Program-made: the position numbers and the translations under genes | The notes under the pieces: model-generated | The model's database searches: none | The model's input: only the letters and a program-made list of their open reading frames with translations | What the model was told of the DNA's origin: nothing | From: Macrostomum lignano | Lineage: Eukaryota | Length of the DNA stretch: 47,400 nucleotides | Direction: 5' to 3' | NCBI GenBank assembly: GCA_002269645.1 | Contig: NIVC01003574.1 | Span: 42,998 to 90,397, forward strand | Shown here: piece after piece, positions 27,637 through 38,524 of the stretch | Position numbering within the stretch: the stretch's first letter is position 1 | Layout of the letters: every line of letters starts with the position of its first letter

Positions 27637-29116
27637 ATGCACAACAGTTCAAATGCCAACTTAGACTGCGCCGATGCGCCGCCATTCCGTACTGTTTGTA
27701 CTATCTATCTATCTATCTGTTTATCTACATAGTTTTCTGTATAACTCCACTCCGAATATATCCCAGTTAATTCTATTATTTGCGATAAACCTAAATTACC
27801 CACACCCCAATTGTTACAGACTTAAAGGCCAATTTGCCTAAAAAATGCCGCCCTAAGCAGCTGAGATTATTTGGTTGGTACAGTTTAAACTGGGCAAGAA
27901 GCAGTGCGCCCTCGTTAATGACGTCGACGTTTTAGACGAGGGTGTCGACTTGGACGACGGCTACGTCCGCACTGTTGGCCAACAGGTGGAAGTTGTTTTG
28001 GCCAAAAGAAATAAACAAAGTGCTGCTCGGCATCCGGCCACAATTATCAAGGGCCCGTTTGCTTCTATGGAGCAGGGCAGGAAATTTCTGAAACTCTGCC
28101 ACAGTGTGGAATCAGAGGCAGATCCTCCACCCACGACATCGCTGCCAACAAATGTCGATAGCTGCCCTGAATGCTCCAGAAAGGACGAGCAACAGAAAAC
28201 TTGGAAAACTGAACTAATGGCCCTCCGTCAGGAGCGTGTTGAGCTCTTAAAACTGCTGGACAACAGGGCTGATGAAGTAGCAGCTCTTCGCGAATCTACC
28301 TCACGGCTGCAGGAGCAGTTAACTGAAGCCATGGTTTATGCCGCGCAGGTCAGGCGACGCGCTCTTTTATCAGTCGCTGCCGCAATCACTTCTGCGGCCG
28401 ACGCCGACGACGAGGACGACGAGGATTGTGCCTCTGAAAGTGTTGCGCCGCTAAACGTTACACGTCAGCTAAAATCCGCTGGCCGGTCGAAGTCCGGCTG
28501 TGATCGCATTTACGTTCCACTCTCTGAGGAATTTCCGACCCAGAAGGTAATGACGCATAAATCATTAGATTCCGTCGTTATTATTATTATCCGAAATCTA
28601 ATATTGTTTCACAGACAATATACAAGTTACAATGTACAGATTTATTATGCCCCACCTTTCGGATGATCACAATACACACAGGTGCGAGCTATGGATCGTG
28701 CGTCAATCCTAACACAAATTGAGCAGTTGAAGCGCTGCGAAGACGTTGACAAGTTGTCGAAACTTCGCGGGAGCCTGCTCCGATTTTGTATTCGCGCTCT
28801 TTTTGAAAAAATAGAGCTAGAAGACACATCATTTACCGGCCGTAGCTCCGGGGAGAACACGCGAGTGGCGGCGGACCGCACCAGAATTGACGTCATTATC
28901 CAGCATCTGGATAATAACGGTGTCAAAGTGTCTCGCGCCGAAATTCAGCGGGCCTACGCGGCATGCGTCGACGCCATTAACCAGGCAAAGAAGAGGGCGG
29001 GACACCCGTTAGAGAAACGTGAAGCGAAAGCGACCAAGCCTGCAAACAAGGCCGACAAAACGGCGGACGAGGCCGACAAAACGGCGGACAAGGCCGACAA
29101 ATCTGGTCCTGCCTGA
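27637..29116 (+). CDS. Transposon accessory protein: coiled coil plus C-terminal BEN-like domain; join(27637-27688?, 27861-28546, 28682-29116), ~390 aa
   Basis: Heptad-rich ELMALRQERVELLKLL...LQEQL segment. Phase-0 intron AAG|GTAATG...CACAG|GTG. LLRFCIRALFEKIELEDTSFTGRSS...ADRTRIDVII fits the BEN pattern (L...LF..EEL...S.TG....LD..RI..I). The first exon is tentative because its donor (GTACTG) is weak. Confidence 0.6.
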
Positions 29117-29469
29117 TCTGGGAGAGGGTGGAAGTCACTTAAAACTGTTTTATAACAATTTTATCTACTTTATCGTACTTTCATATCATATGCATATTAT
29201 TCATATTAAACTTTAAACATACTTCAGCATTTTTTCTTAAGTTTATACAAACGAATAATTTTTAACAAACTAAAAGGTAAACGCCAATATAATTTTTCAA
29301 ACTAATGGTACTTTTGTAAAAAAATAATATAGTAATTAAGCTGTCAACTTTAATTATATTTTAAAACTTGCTACAACATTTAATTTTATAATTACAAACA
29401 GCAAAATCTTGAGTCAAACACTGTTAGTTTCTTACTTTGGTGAATATATATTGAGACCAACATTGTTCC

Positions 29470-29944
29470 ATTAATTCGAGCCATCATTGTCGGGTGAAAG
29501 TCGCGTAGCAGTTAGTCTGACTTGTGCAGATGAAAATCGGTGAAAATCGGATCTTCAATATCTGGTGAAAGTCGCGTAGCAGTTAGTCCGACTTGTGCAG
29601 ATGAAAATCGGTGAAAATCGGAGTGAATCACATCGTCATATTTATGCAGGTTTACACACCGCTGAAAGTCGGACTTATATCTGGTGAATGTCGGAGTAGT
29701 TGTTACGTTTTCTTAGAGAAATCGATGAGTCGTCGATTTTGTCGGACCGACTTTTCTCTTTCGGTCCGACAAAAACCGGTGAGAATCGAACGAAGATGAA
29801 TGTTAGTCCGAATTTCATCCGTTTTTTTATACTTTCATCTGCCTAAAATCGAGCCGACGACATTGACGTTCCAACAAGATGAAAATCGGATGAAAATCGG
29901 CTTGATTTTCCTCTTCTTTGAGTCAGTTAGTTTACAGTTGAAAA
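29470..29944. repeat. Right subterminal repeats of the CACTA element, including a ~58-bp direct duplication (GTGAAAGTCGCGTAGCAGTTAG...TGAAAATCGGA)
   Basis: TGAAAATCGG motifs are the reverse complement of the left-end motifs. Confidence 0.8.
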
Positions 29945-30572
29945 TCGGAGTTGGGTCCCAGCGGGTACTAAGGCCTAAATGCAAATGCATGCCACAAAAA
30001 GAGAATAAGTGACCTAGATTGTCCTAGGCCTAGAATAGAATAAAATAATAATACATTAATAGGTACATCTAGTAATCTACTAGGCCTGCCCTACTATACT
30101 AAAGAGGCATGATTATAATTGAGTAAACAATGATAAATTATTTTAGAATGGAGTATAAATAAAGCTTTTAGCAAAGAAGTAAGTAATTAGGCCCTAGTCA
30201 TTATGAAGTTCTTAAACAAGTGTTTGTACTTTAGTACATTAGACAGTTAGTACATTATTAGTACATTAGGGGGGCCTAGTACATCTAAAGTTTAGACATC
30301 TTTGTTTTCTTTTATTTAAATAAATTCCTAAATCCAAAATATAGAAAAATAATTTGCATCTATCAATCTTGTGGTTTTGTATGTTTAATTATTTTTTGAA
30401 AAATAATGATTTTCTTAGTTACCACAAGTTGAACTGTTGAATAGGCTACCTAAGTCTAAGAGGCTAAGTTAAATACCTAAATATTTAAACTTGTGTAGGT
30501 ATAAAACATGGCAGTACATTAATTTTATGTCTATGGTTACTAGTTTGAGATAGTTAAATGCTAGGCCTAGGC

Positions 30573-31128
30573 TAGGGATTGCAATCCCGGGATCCTGAAA
30601 TCCTGGGATTAGGCAGTTAGGCCTTAATCCTAGAATTTCCAGTCCCAGGATTCGGGACCCCAAATCCCAACCCAAGACTAGTTTTTGTTAATATTTTTAT
30701 TAAAAATGCTGTAATATAAACATAATTGGGCACACAACTAGTTTATTATACTGCGCTAATTTCCATTAACTGCCTCATATTGTGTGGCACTTTTTTAAAC
30801 CCTGCATCACAGATTTAAATATGAAATTAATTTCAATTTAAATTTTGGTATGATTTGCTTCTTTATTACTAATTAGTACATTTATACTACTTACTTCAAT
30901 AGGTCACAAGATAATGCTGTTTATCATCTACAAATAGATCATTATCTCTATAACAATAAAAAAGTAAGCAAAAAAGTGTTTAGCGCATATTTTGCCTTAT
31001 AATTTCAACCTAGAAGCATAAAAATCTGTATTATTCTGATCCTGGGATTCAATCCTGGGATTGGCCAAATTCCAGGATTAAATCCCAGGATCCCAAGATC
31101 ACAAAAATCTAGGATTTTGCAATCCCTA
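30573..31128. mobile_element. Non-autonomous hAT-type MITE (~556 bp)
   Basis: Ends TAGGGATTGCAA...TTGCAATCCCTA; 8-bp flanks GCCTAGGC / ACCTAGGC (7/8 identity); subterminal ATCCC(A/G)GGAT repeats. TAGGG termini with an 8-bp TSD are typical of hAT elements. Confidence 0.75.
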
Positions 31129-31324
31129 ACCTAGGCTTGCAATTGCCAATTGCTCTTTGTTTTTTTAAAAGGGACTGAGGTGGTAGAGACTAGGAGGCTT
31201 TTCATATTACTAATTCCAGAATCAGAATCGGTTCGGATCTTCCAAGAAAAGCAGCAGTATAACTATTTAATTCTGTTGAATGTTTGACTGCCTTAACAAC
31301 TTCACTTAGCACAATTTTTCACTT

Positions 31325-32110
31325 GGCTCATTCCATATAAGCATGGTCGTAACATGACAGGTTATTTTTACTTATAAAATGAAATCTAATAATAGAATAT
31401 ACTAAACCAATATTTTAAATGAAAGATTATTTTGTCTAGAATATATTTATAGAGTTTCATATAGATATCATCATTAGTATAGATGCTATTAAACCTTAAA
31501 TGACACTTATGGTCCTAACGACAGGATTTTTGACATATAGAAACTAAAAGGTAAAAGTCTTATAACATTTTTCATTTTTGATATTTTGCAATACATTTTT
31601 AAAATTTGACTAAGAACATCTTTAGAAATCATACTCTTTTATTAGAATATATAAACTCAAAAGGCAACAAAGATACAAAAGAAAAGGCAGCCTTATGGTC
31701 GTAACATTATGGTCGTAACATATTTTTTTCTGTCAATTCAGTAACTTTGAGGTACTAATACATTAAAAATATAATAGATTATTTGGTCACCAATGCTTTT
31801 ATCTGATGATGCAAGTACTATACTTTTATCTATAGTTTGTTTCAACCTTCAAAAGCTTTCTATTTGTTTTTAAAAGGTACAAAATCTTAATTATGTCTTT
31901 TGCTTCGAAAAATGTCCAAATTTTTACAAAAATGACTTTTTGCCAATTGATAACATACTAATCCAACATTTTACCATTCCTTTATTCTTAGATTGTATAT
32001 ATTGCACAGTATAAACATTTGGTAAAAAAATAGGCTAATTAGGCAATGGCAAGCAAAAATATTGACTTTTTTCTATTTTCCAAATATGTCCATCTTATAT
32101 GGAATGAGCC
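31325..32110. mobile_element. Non-autonomous DNA transposon (786 bp) with a 4-bp TSD (ACTT)
   Basis: TIR GGCTCATTCCATATAAG ... CTTATATGGAATGAGCC; ACTT at 31321-24 and 32111-14; internal ATGGTCGTAAC motifs. Confidence 0.8.
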
Positions 32111-35100
32111 ACTTTCTTCTTGGTGATTGTCATTCAATAATAAAAACTTTATAGCACGTATCTCCCTCTAGTTATGGAGACAAAAAGTTATACTTCACAA
32201 ATTGGTTTTGGTTCTGGAACCAGAACAAGCAATATGAAAAGGTCCTAGGATTCTAAGAGATTTCTTGTCTTATTTGCATTCCTAAGCAATCTTGAGACTT
32301 GAGTCAATCTTAAAAGTAACAACTCTTCTTGATCATGGCTAGATGCCTTGCAATACCTATTATTCCTGCTTGATTTTATGAGCAAGACTGCTTAAAAAAC
32401 AGCCCATTCTCTGCTTGATATTGGGCTAGGTTATAGGCCTAGACAAAGCCAGAATGATTATATTTAAAACATTAAAAGTGCAACATTACAAAGAAGTCAA
32501 CAGTAACAATTTAATATAGTTTTGTAGTGCAACCCACACCATCTTTACAGTACATAGGCTAGTTCAATACCCAAGTGGCATTCAGAGGTACTCACTTATA
32601 GGAAAAATAAAACATGGGATCCATTTTTTTCTAGCACTGCAGTTGGTAGAACTCCATTAAAAACCCTTTGTTTGTGGTCAGCAGCAAATACTTTTAGGTT
32701 GCCATGCTCAATGCTAAAACCAAGCAATTGAAGTAGGACATCGCTTGTGACTCATTTAATGATTGGACCAAATGGTAAAGAATCTATTGTCAAATCATTC
32801 GACAATTGACATTTCTTCCCTAGAAAGATCCACTTTGTCAATTTTTTCATGCTGCAACCTAGAAATGTTGCCTCTTATATAGGAGTAGTCTATCATGTTC
32901 TTAGAATGCTTAGGTTAGGAGTTAATTAATTAAATTTTAATAAAAAGTTAGGCTTATTATTACTTTGTCAGTTGCTTTTTAGGTTCAGAACTAAAATGAA
33001 ATACAGTTTGCATTTTGTGCCATAAACAAATTCCATTTTCTTGTGGGCCAAGAATCAGGACTTGCACTGAACTTAGACTGAAGCAAATGCAGTTTGACTT
33101 GCAGGCTAAAAAATGTCATTTCTTAGCCCACTTTTGAAACCAAGAAGGAATACAAATCCAGCAGGTTGTCTAGGGCAAAAAGTTAGGTTCAATTCTTGTG
33201 CCACTTTGCAGCCCTCAGATTCTCCTCCTTTCTGCCCTAGAAAGCCTGAAAGATTTATATAGTATAGGGCCTAATTCTAATTGTGGATAGTTGACCTAAA
33301 AATCTATGGCATATCCAAGGCTCTGTTTGACACCTACCTAGATATGTTTCTATGGCACTATTGGCACTACCTATATAATACCTTTGGCAATATACTTTTC
33401 TAGGTGATGCATTTATTATAATGTCTAGGCCTAGTGCAAGTATAACCAAATGTAACATAATAAACTTGACAACTCTAACTCCATAACCCTAGACCCTAAC
33501 TTGTTAACTTTATTTAGTTTGTTAAATTTTCAAAAATTATTAAATGTGCAAAAGTAGAGGATTGCTTTTAATACTTGTCTTTAGCTTATTTAGCGTGAAA
33601 TTAGGCCTAATATATAAAAGAACTAAAAAAGTAGATCTAGTTTATTTAATATTTATCTAGGCTAAGCCTAATACTTGAAAACTAATAAATTAATAATAAA
33701 AAATAAATAAGCTTGTTTCAATAGCACTAGCAAGTTAAAAAACATATAAAAGATTGGTAAAAAAGTGAATCAAAGTGATGCTTATATCATGGAAGCAATA
33801 AAGTTTATAATATATATTTCATTTAATGTTCATTAGTAAAAAGTTGTTATATTACATGATTATCATTATAAACAAAAATATTAATTAAGCACATAGCAAA
33901 GTAAGATTAGAATAGGCCTATATTTATAATATTATAAATTTTAACTTATTAGATTTATAAATTATATTGCTTTGCTTTGTTGCTTTGTTGCTTTGTTGTT
34001 TATTTGTATCTTCAAGGTCTTATTGCCATTGATATTTTTAAATATAAATTTATCATTGGCTTACAAAATTATTTGCCTATTTTACTAGAAGTTAAACAAC
34101 AATCAAGGGCAAGCAAAGTTGCAAAATTGTTAGAAGCATACAATTTTAACCTCCAAAATTTGGTCGGCCATGCAACTTAGTTTTAACAAAAATGCAATGT
34201 AGTTTTTGGCCAAAAATGTGACTTACATGTAAAAAAACCCTAAAGCAAAATTAACGCAACTTTGGGTAAACGACAGGAGTAACTATAAGTTCTGTCTTAT
34301 TAAGCCAAAATGCCTCGTCAGCTACTTAGTACTACTACTTGGGTATTTTTCCTGGTGGGCATTTTTGCGACTTCCTTGGTTGGCTGCCAAATCAGTCAGC
34401 CAGATCGGCTGACTCAGCCAACTATTGTGCATGTATGGTTAGAAGTTATATATTTGGACAATTAGGGAATTTTTCACAATAGCTACAGAAATCAATAAGC
34501 TTAGGCAGCTAAAGAATTGTCATGAGATACTCGTAGTAGAAATGGCAGAGATTACCATTTTTTCTTAGATAGCAACTTTTCCTATTTTCAATGGTAGGCA
34601 CTTTATAACTGCTCCTTTTCTATAAGGGTTTTAGCATTTTAGCTATATAGTTCTTTGGATATTTAGCCTGGTTTTTTGGGATATGTCATGATTAAAGGTT
34701 GCTAGAAAAGCAGGAAAGGTACAAAAGGTTTCTTTTATAAATACAAGCTAAGCTACATTTTGGTGGAAAAACAACTTGCATGGCTTATAAATCAAGGGAT
34801 ATGCACATATGCTAATCATTTTAAAAATTAAGGTTTATTAATAAACTTTCATAGTAATATAACATTGAGATAGAATTTATTATCAACAAAGAATGCCTAA
34901 AGGTAATTCCATGGTATGGTCATTATTAAGCATGATAAAAAATTACAAATATTTGTTGTATTTCTAATAAATCAATAGTATATTTTTGGTTTTAACTTGT
35001 ATTTTAGTGGTTATTAGCATTGTAACTAAAGTTTTTGCTTTGTTTTGTAAGTCTTGAAAAATTTTAATGTCTTGTGGGACTTACTAAAAATTGTATTTTT

Positions 35101-35906
35101 AAATACAGATCATAAATCTAGTCAATACAGTTTATTTAATGTTTTTTGTAAAACTATTAGTTTTAAATATGAATATTGTTACCTCAAATCTTTTTCATCA
35201 ATTATCTCAATGAACTTCTATTATAGAAATATACTTTTGGTTAAAGTGGATACTTTTTCTTGCCTTGTAAAAAACAACCATATTTTTTAGCTAACAACTT
35301 TTTATACCAGTTTTCTAAAGCTATATAAAACAAAAATAATGAAAGAAAAATGTATACTTAGCCTTTATCTTTGTTTTAATAAAATGTTGTTCTAACTAAT
35401 AATTCAAAGAACCTTTAATGTGACTTAATATATCTTGATATTGTCAACTACTTCAGCTTTCTAGAAAGTTGTGAGAAATTATTTAAAATTTTTATGCCAT
35501 GTCAACTTGCCTTTTCTTTGTTTATTATTTCTATTCAACATCTCTAGAAAATAATTGAGTTTAAGTAATTGGATTTTACACATTTTTAGCATATTAGATT
35601 TCATCTTATCATAGGTTATGAAGTAAGATATTGGATATTTACATTTTTATAGTTACGTATATTGATTAAGATGTTATTGTTACTTGTATTTAGTATTACA
35701 CAACATTCAATTACAGCTAACAGTCCAGGTACAAAGTATTTTAAAGCATGTTTAATTTACTACTGTAAGTAGCTGCACTACTCTATGCCAATAATTGTAC
35801 TTAAAATGGTACTTTGAGTAGGAACATGAAAATCAAGACAGCATTGCTTTCGATCAAGTAATAATGGTCTGTTATAGGCTGTGTAGGCATTCCCTATAAA
35901 AATCTG

Positions 35907-37761
35907 TCAAATTACACTATAAGACATTGGTAATGATTCGCCAATGGTTACTTTTTTGCTTTTTAATTCTTTATAGCTAGTGTGCATAAACCAGTGTACA
36001 TGTACAGTGTAGGCCTCAGTTGGTATTGACTTGGTAGTGAAATTTCGTTTTGCCAACTGCCTACATAAGCGCCGTTTCATTGACGACCTGTTTTCAGGCT
36101 TCTCACAGGAAAAACGACTCTTTCTGGGCAAATACTTGGTGTCCCAGATTGGCTGGAACATGTCAGGCTCTGCCAATAGCAGCGAATTGTCTAATAATTC
36201 ATCTAGCTTATTGCCCATCTTGGCAATGTACTCATCATAGAAATCATTGAGCATCATTGGTCCAGTTGTGAACACAGCTTCCATTGAGGTCCGCTTCCTA
36301 TAGGCCCAGTTCCATTGAAACCAGGCTGGCCAGCGCTGCAGCACGTAGGTTAAAAATGCCTGACCTGGGCGGCTCATAATCAGTGCATTTGATATTAGCC
36401 GCGGCTTATTGTAGAGAAACAGAGCGTGCTCAACTGGCTCTTGGGACCACACGGCCGAATAGTTGGTTAGCAGTGGCCTCAGATCGCGTCTCAGCTCAAC
36501 ATCGATGTCGGCGTACACCCCGCCCACATGGTGCATCACAACTAGCCGGCCAATGTCGGAGCGCTCCAGTTCATTGGTTAGCTGTCTGTAGACTCTGTAC
36601 AGTGTAGGATAGTATGTGCCTGAAATTTGTATTGGTATGGAAAGCCGCACAGAAATTTATATTTGTTTGCAAACTTAACAATGCAGAAAAGAAATGGCTT
36701 CAACTACATAATTCGTGGCTTTTGCACTTCTTTTTGAACTGTGCAGTCAGTCTGGCTTTTTAACTGTGAAATGCATCTTAAATGCCCGCTAAAAATAGCT
36801 AGAGTCATTGCAAACGCCTCACTAGTGACTCTAGCACCTCTGGACCGACTCTTGTGACTTTTTAGCGACTCAAACAACTGTAATGCGACAGAAAGATCCA
36901 ACTGTTGAGTCACGAGCACATCACATGAAGTGTAAAAGAGTTGCGAAAAAGTCGTCCAATAGTCGATGTGTTAGTGCTAAACTTTCTACTAACTAAAGTA
37001 GTATGAAAAGAGATGTTAAAAACGCTGAATGCGATTATGATTCACAGATGCGCTATAGATGCAAATCGGTGAGTCTACAGCAAATTTAGCGCGCCTCAGA
37101 TATGATTCCACGGTCTCAGAGTCGACTCTTTAACGACTGATACCGTGACATTTCGTCGCTTTTAGAGTCGTTTCGAGTCACTTCTTTCCTATTTTACTTG
37201 TGTTGCCTGCAACAGCTTTTGGGGCGACACAAATGACCAACTTGGCCTAGGTATCTTTTTCATTGGAATTAGCAATTTTAAATACTTGCCAATCAACGTG
37301 TCCAACTGTTGGTCAGTCCAGTGCATGAATCGAAATCGTCTGGCACGTGTGTCTTTACTATTATTAAGCAGCCGGATCCAGGATTTCAAATATTGCACGT
37401 GCTTCTTCATAGCGTTGCCCCGCTTGCTAGTAAAGTGCACAATTGGCGGTATTTCATCCGGGTAGACTTGACCAATGCGCCAGCATTGAATAGTGCCTTT
37501 CGCTAAGGCAGGTCGCAGTTTCGTAGCTTTATTAGCCTCCTGATAATCGCTCCATTCGGTTGTATTGGCTAACTTGGCTTCGTATTCCTCGGCGTTGAAT
37601 ACGCCAGCCACTTCGGGCACGTCAACTAACGGCTGGCGTAGCCAGGACTCGCTGCTTTGGATTTGAGTCACAAACATCAGCAGAGTTACCGCCGCCGCTA
37701 GCAGGCATAGAGTGTAGGTTAGACCGCGAAGCGTGCACTTTTTGGCGCTTGTGTTCAGCAT
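35907..37761 (-). CDS. Type II membrane glycosyltransferase, GT32 / DxD-motif (OCH1/SUR1/Gb3-synthase-like), ~394 aa; join(37761-37290, 36619-35907)
   Basis: N-terminal TM anchor, IPPIVHF, FMHWTDQQLDTLIG|TYYP, ERSDIGRLVVMHHVGGVYADIDV (GG.Y.D.D), ISNALIMSRPGQAF, TTGPMML, HWFMHT. The joined CDS is 1185 nt, divisible by 3, using a GC donor. Confidence 0.88.
37040..37200 (+). repeat. Dispersed repeat fragment (GAGTC/GACTC-rich) in the GT32 intron; second copy at ~39335-39530
   Basis: CAGATGCGCTATAGATGCAA...CTACAGC...TAGCGCGCCTCAGATA...TCGTCG(C/T)TTTAGAGTCGT is shared by both sites. Confidence 0.7.
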
Positions 37762-38524
37762 TATAGCGGCGGTGTACGCGCGACCAGAAGATCTGCTATT
37801 TAAATTCAAACGCTAACATCCGTTATTTCTCTTTGAAACGAAAACTTGCTTATTTTGCCATTGACGAGTGATTATCGCTTAGGCTTGTCAGGATTTAGGA
37901 AGAACGAGTTTTTTGTATTGCCGCTTGGCTGGAGTTGGGTTCGCTGCGGAAGGTCTGGCTTCCTTAATGTCTCCCGGGTTGGAAGGCTGTGGCTGGAAAA
38001 ATTTTCCTATCCTCCTCGTCTGAGTTCAGTTCTCTAGCCTGGCTTCAGCTAACATTGAGCTGACTCTCACCCAACCAGAATTGAGAATGCATATTGGACT
38101 CAGAAATATCGATATGACTAGCGGTCAGCGAACTCTATGCAGTAAACTGGTGCACAGTGCTAAAATTTCACGCTATGTGTAGATTCCTGGCTATTATTGG
38201 CTGTGTTGAAAGTAATTTAATAAAATTCTGTTACACTTGCAGACTTTTGTTTTACTGAATAAAAAAATGGTTCCTCTCTCTCTCTCTTAGTGTGGTCTTG
38301 ACTCAATTTACTATTACTAACATGTGTGGGTATGATTTTCGATAGTGCCTCAGAATATTGGCTTGGCTTATTAGCGTATACTGTGTACTTTTTATTCACA
38401 TCCGCCGCTCACTTTTCAGCAGTCCGCTAATCGAACGCCCGCCCGTCAGCGGCGACCCGCAGCGGCGCAAGAACTCAAGCATCATCAACAGCAGCATCCG
38501 CGGCCATTAGTGCAGCTGCACCGA
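37762..38524. promoter_or_regulatory. Probable bidirectional promoter region between the GT32 gene (-) and RPA12 (+)
   Basis: Head-to-head ATGs 763 bp apart; no specific motif validated. Confidence 0.45.

Larger units (their letters stand above)
22369..29965 (+). mobile_element. Complete 7,597-bp CACTA/EnSpm (CMC superfamily) DNA transposon carrying three genes
   Basis: Perfect 21-bp TIRs CCCGCTGGGACCCAACTCCGA (22369-22389 and 29945-29965), TA on both sides (22367-68, 29966-67), subterminal CCGATTTTCA/TGAAAATCGG repeats, and a Transposase_21-type ORF. Confidence 0.92.

Noticed and set aside
32500-33250. Possible decayed transposon protein on the minus strand (NLRAAKWHKN...)
   Set aside because: Many stops and no diagnostic motif; cannot be supported without a search.
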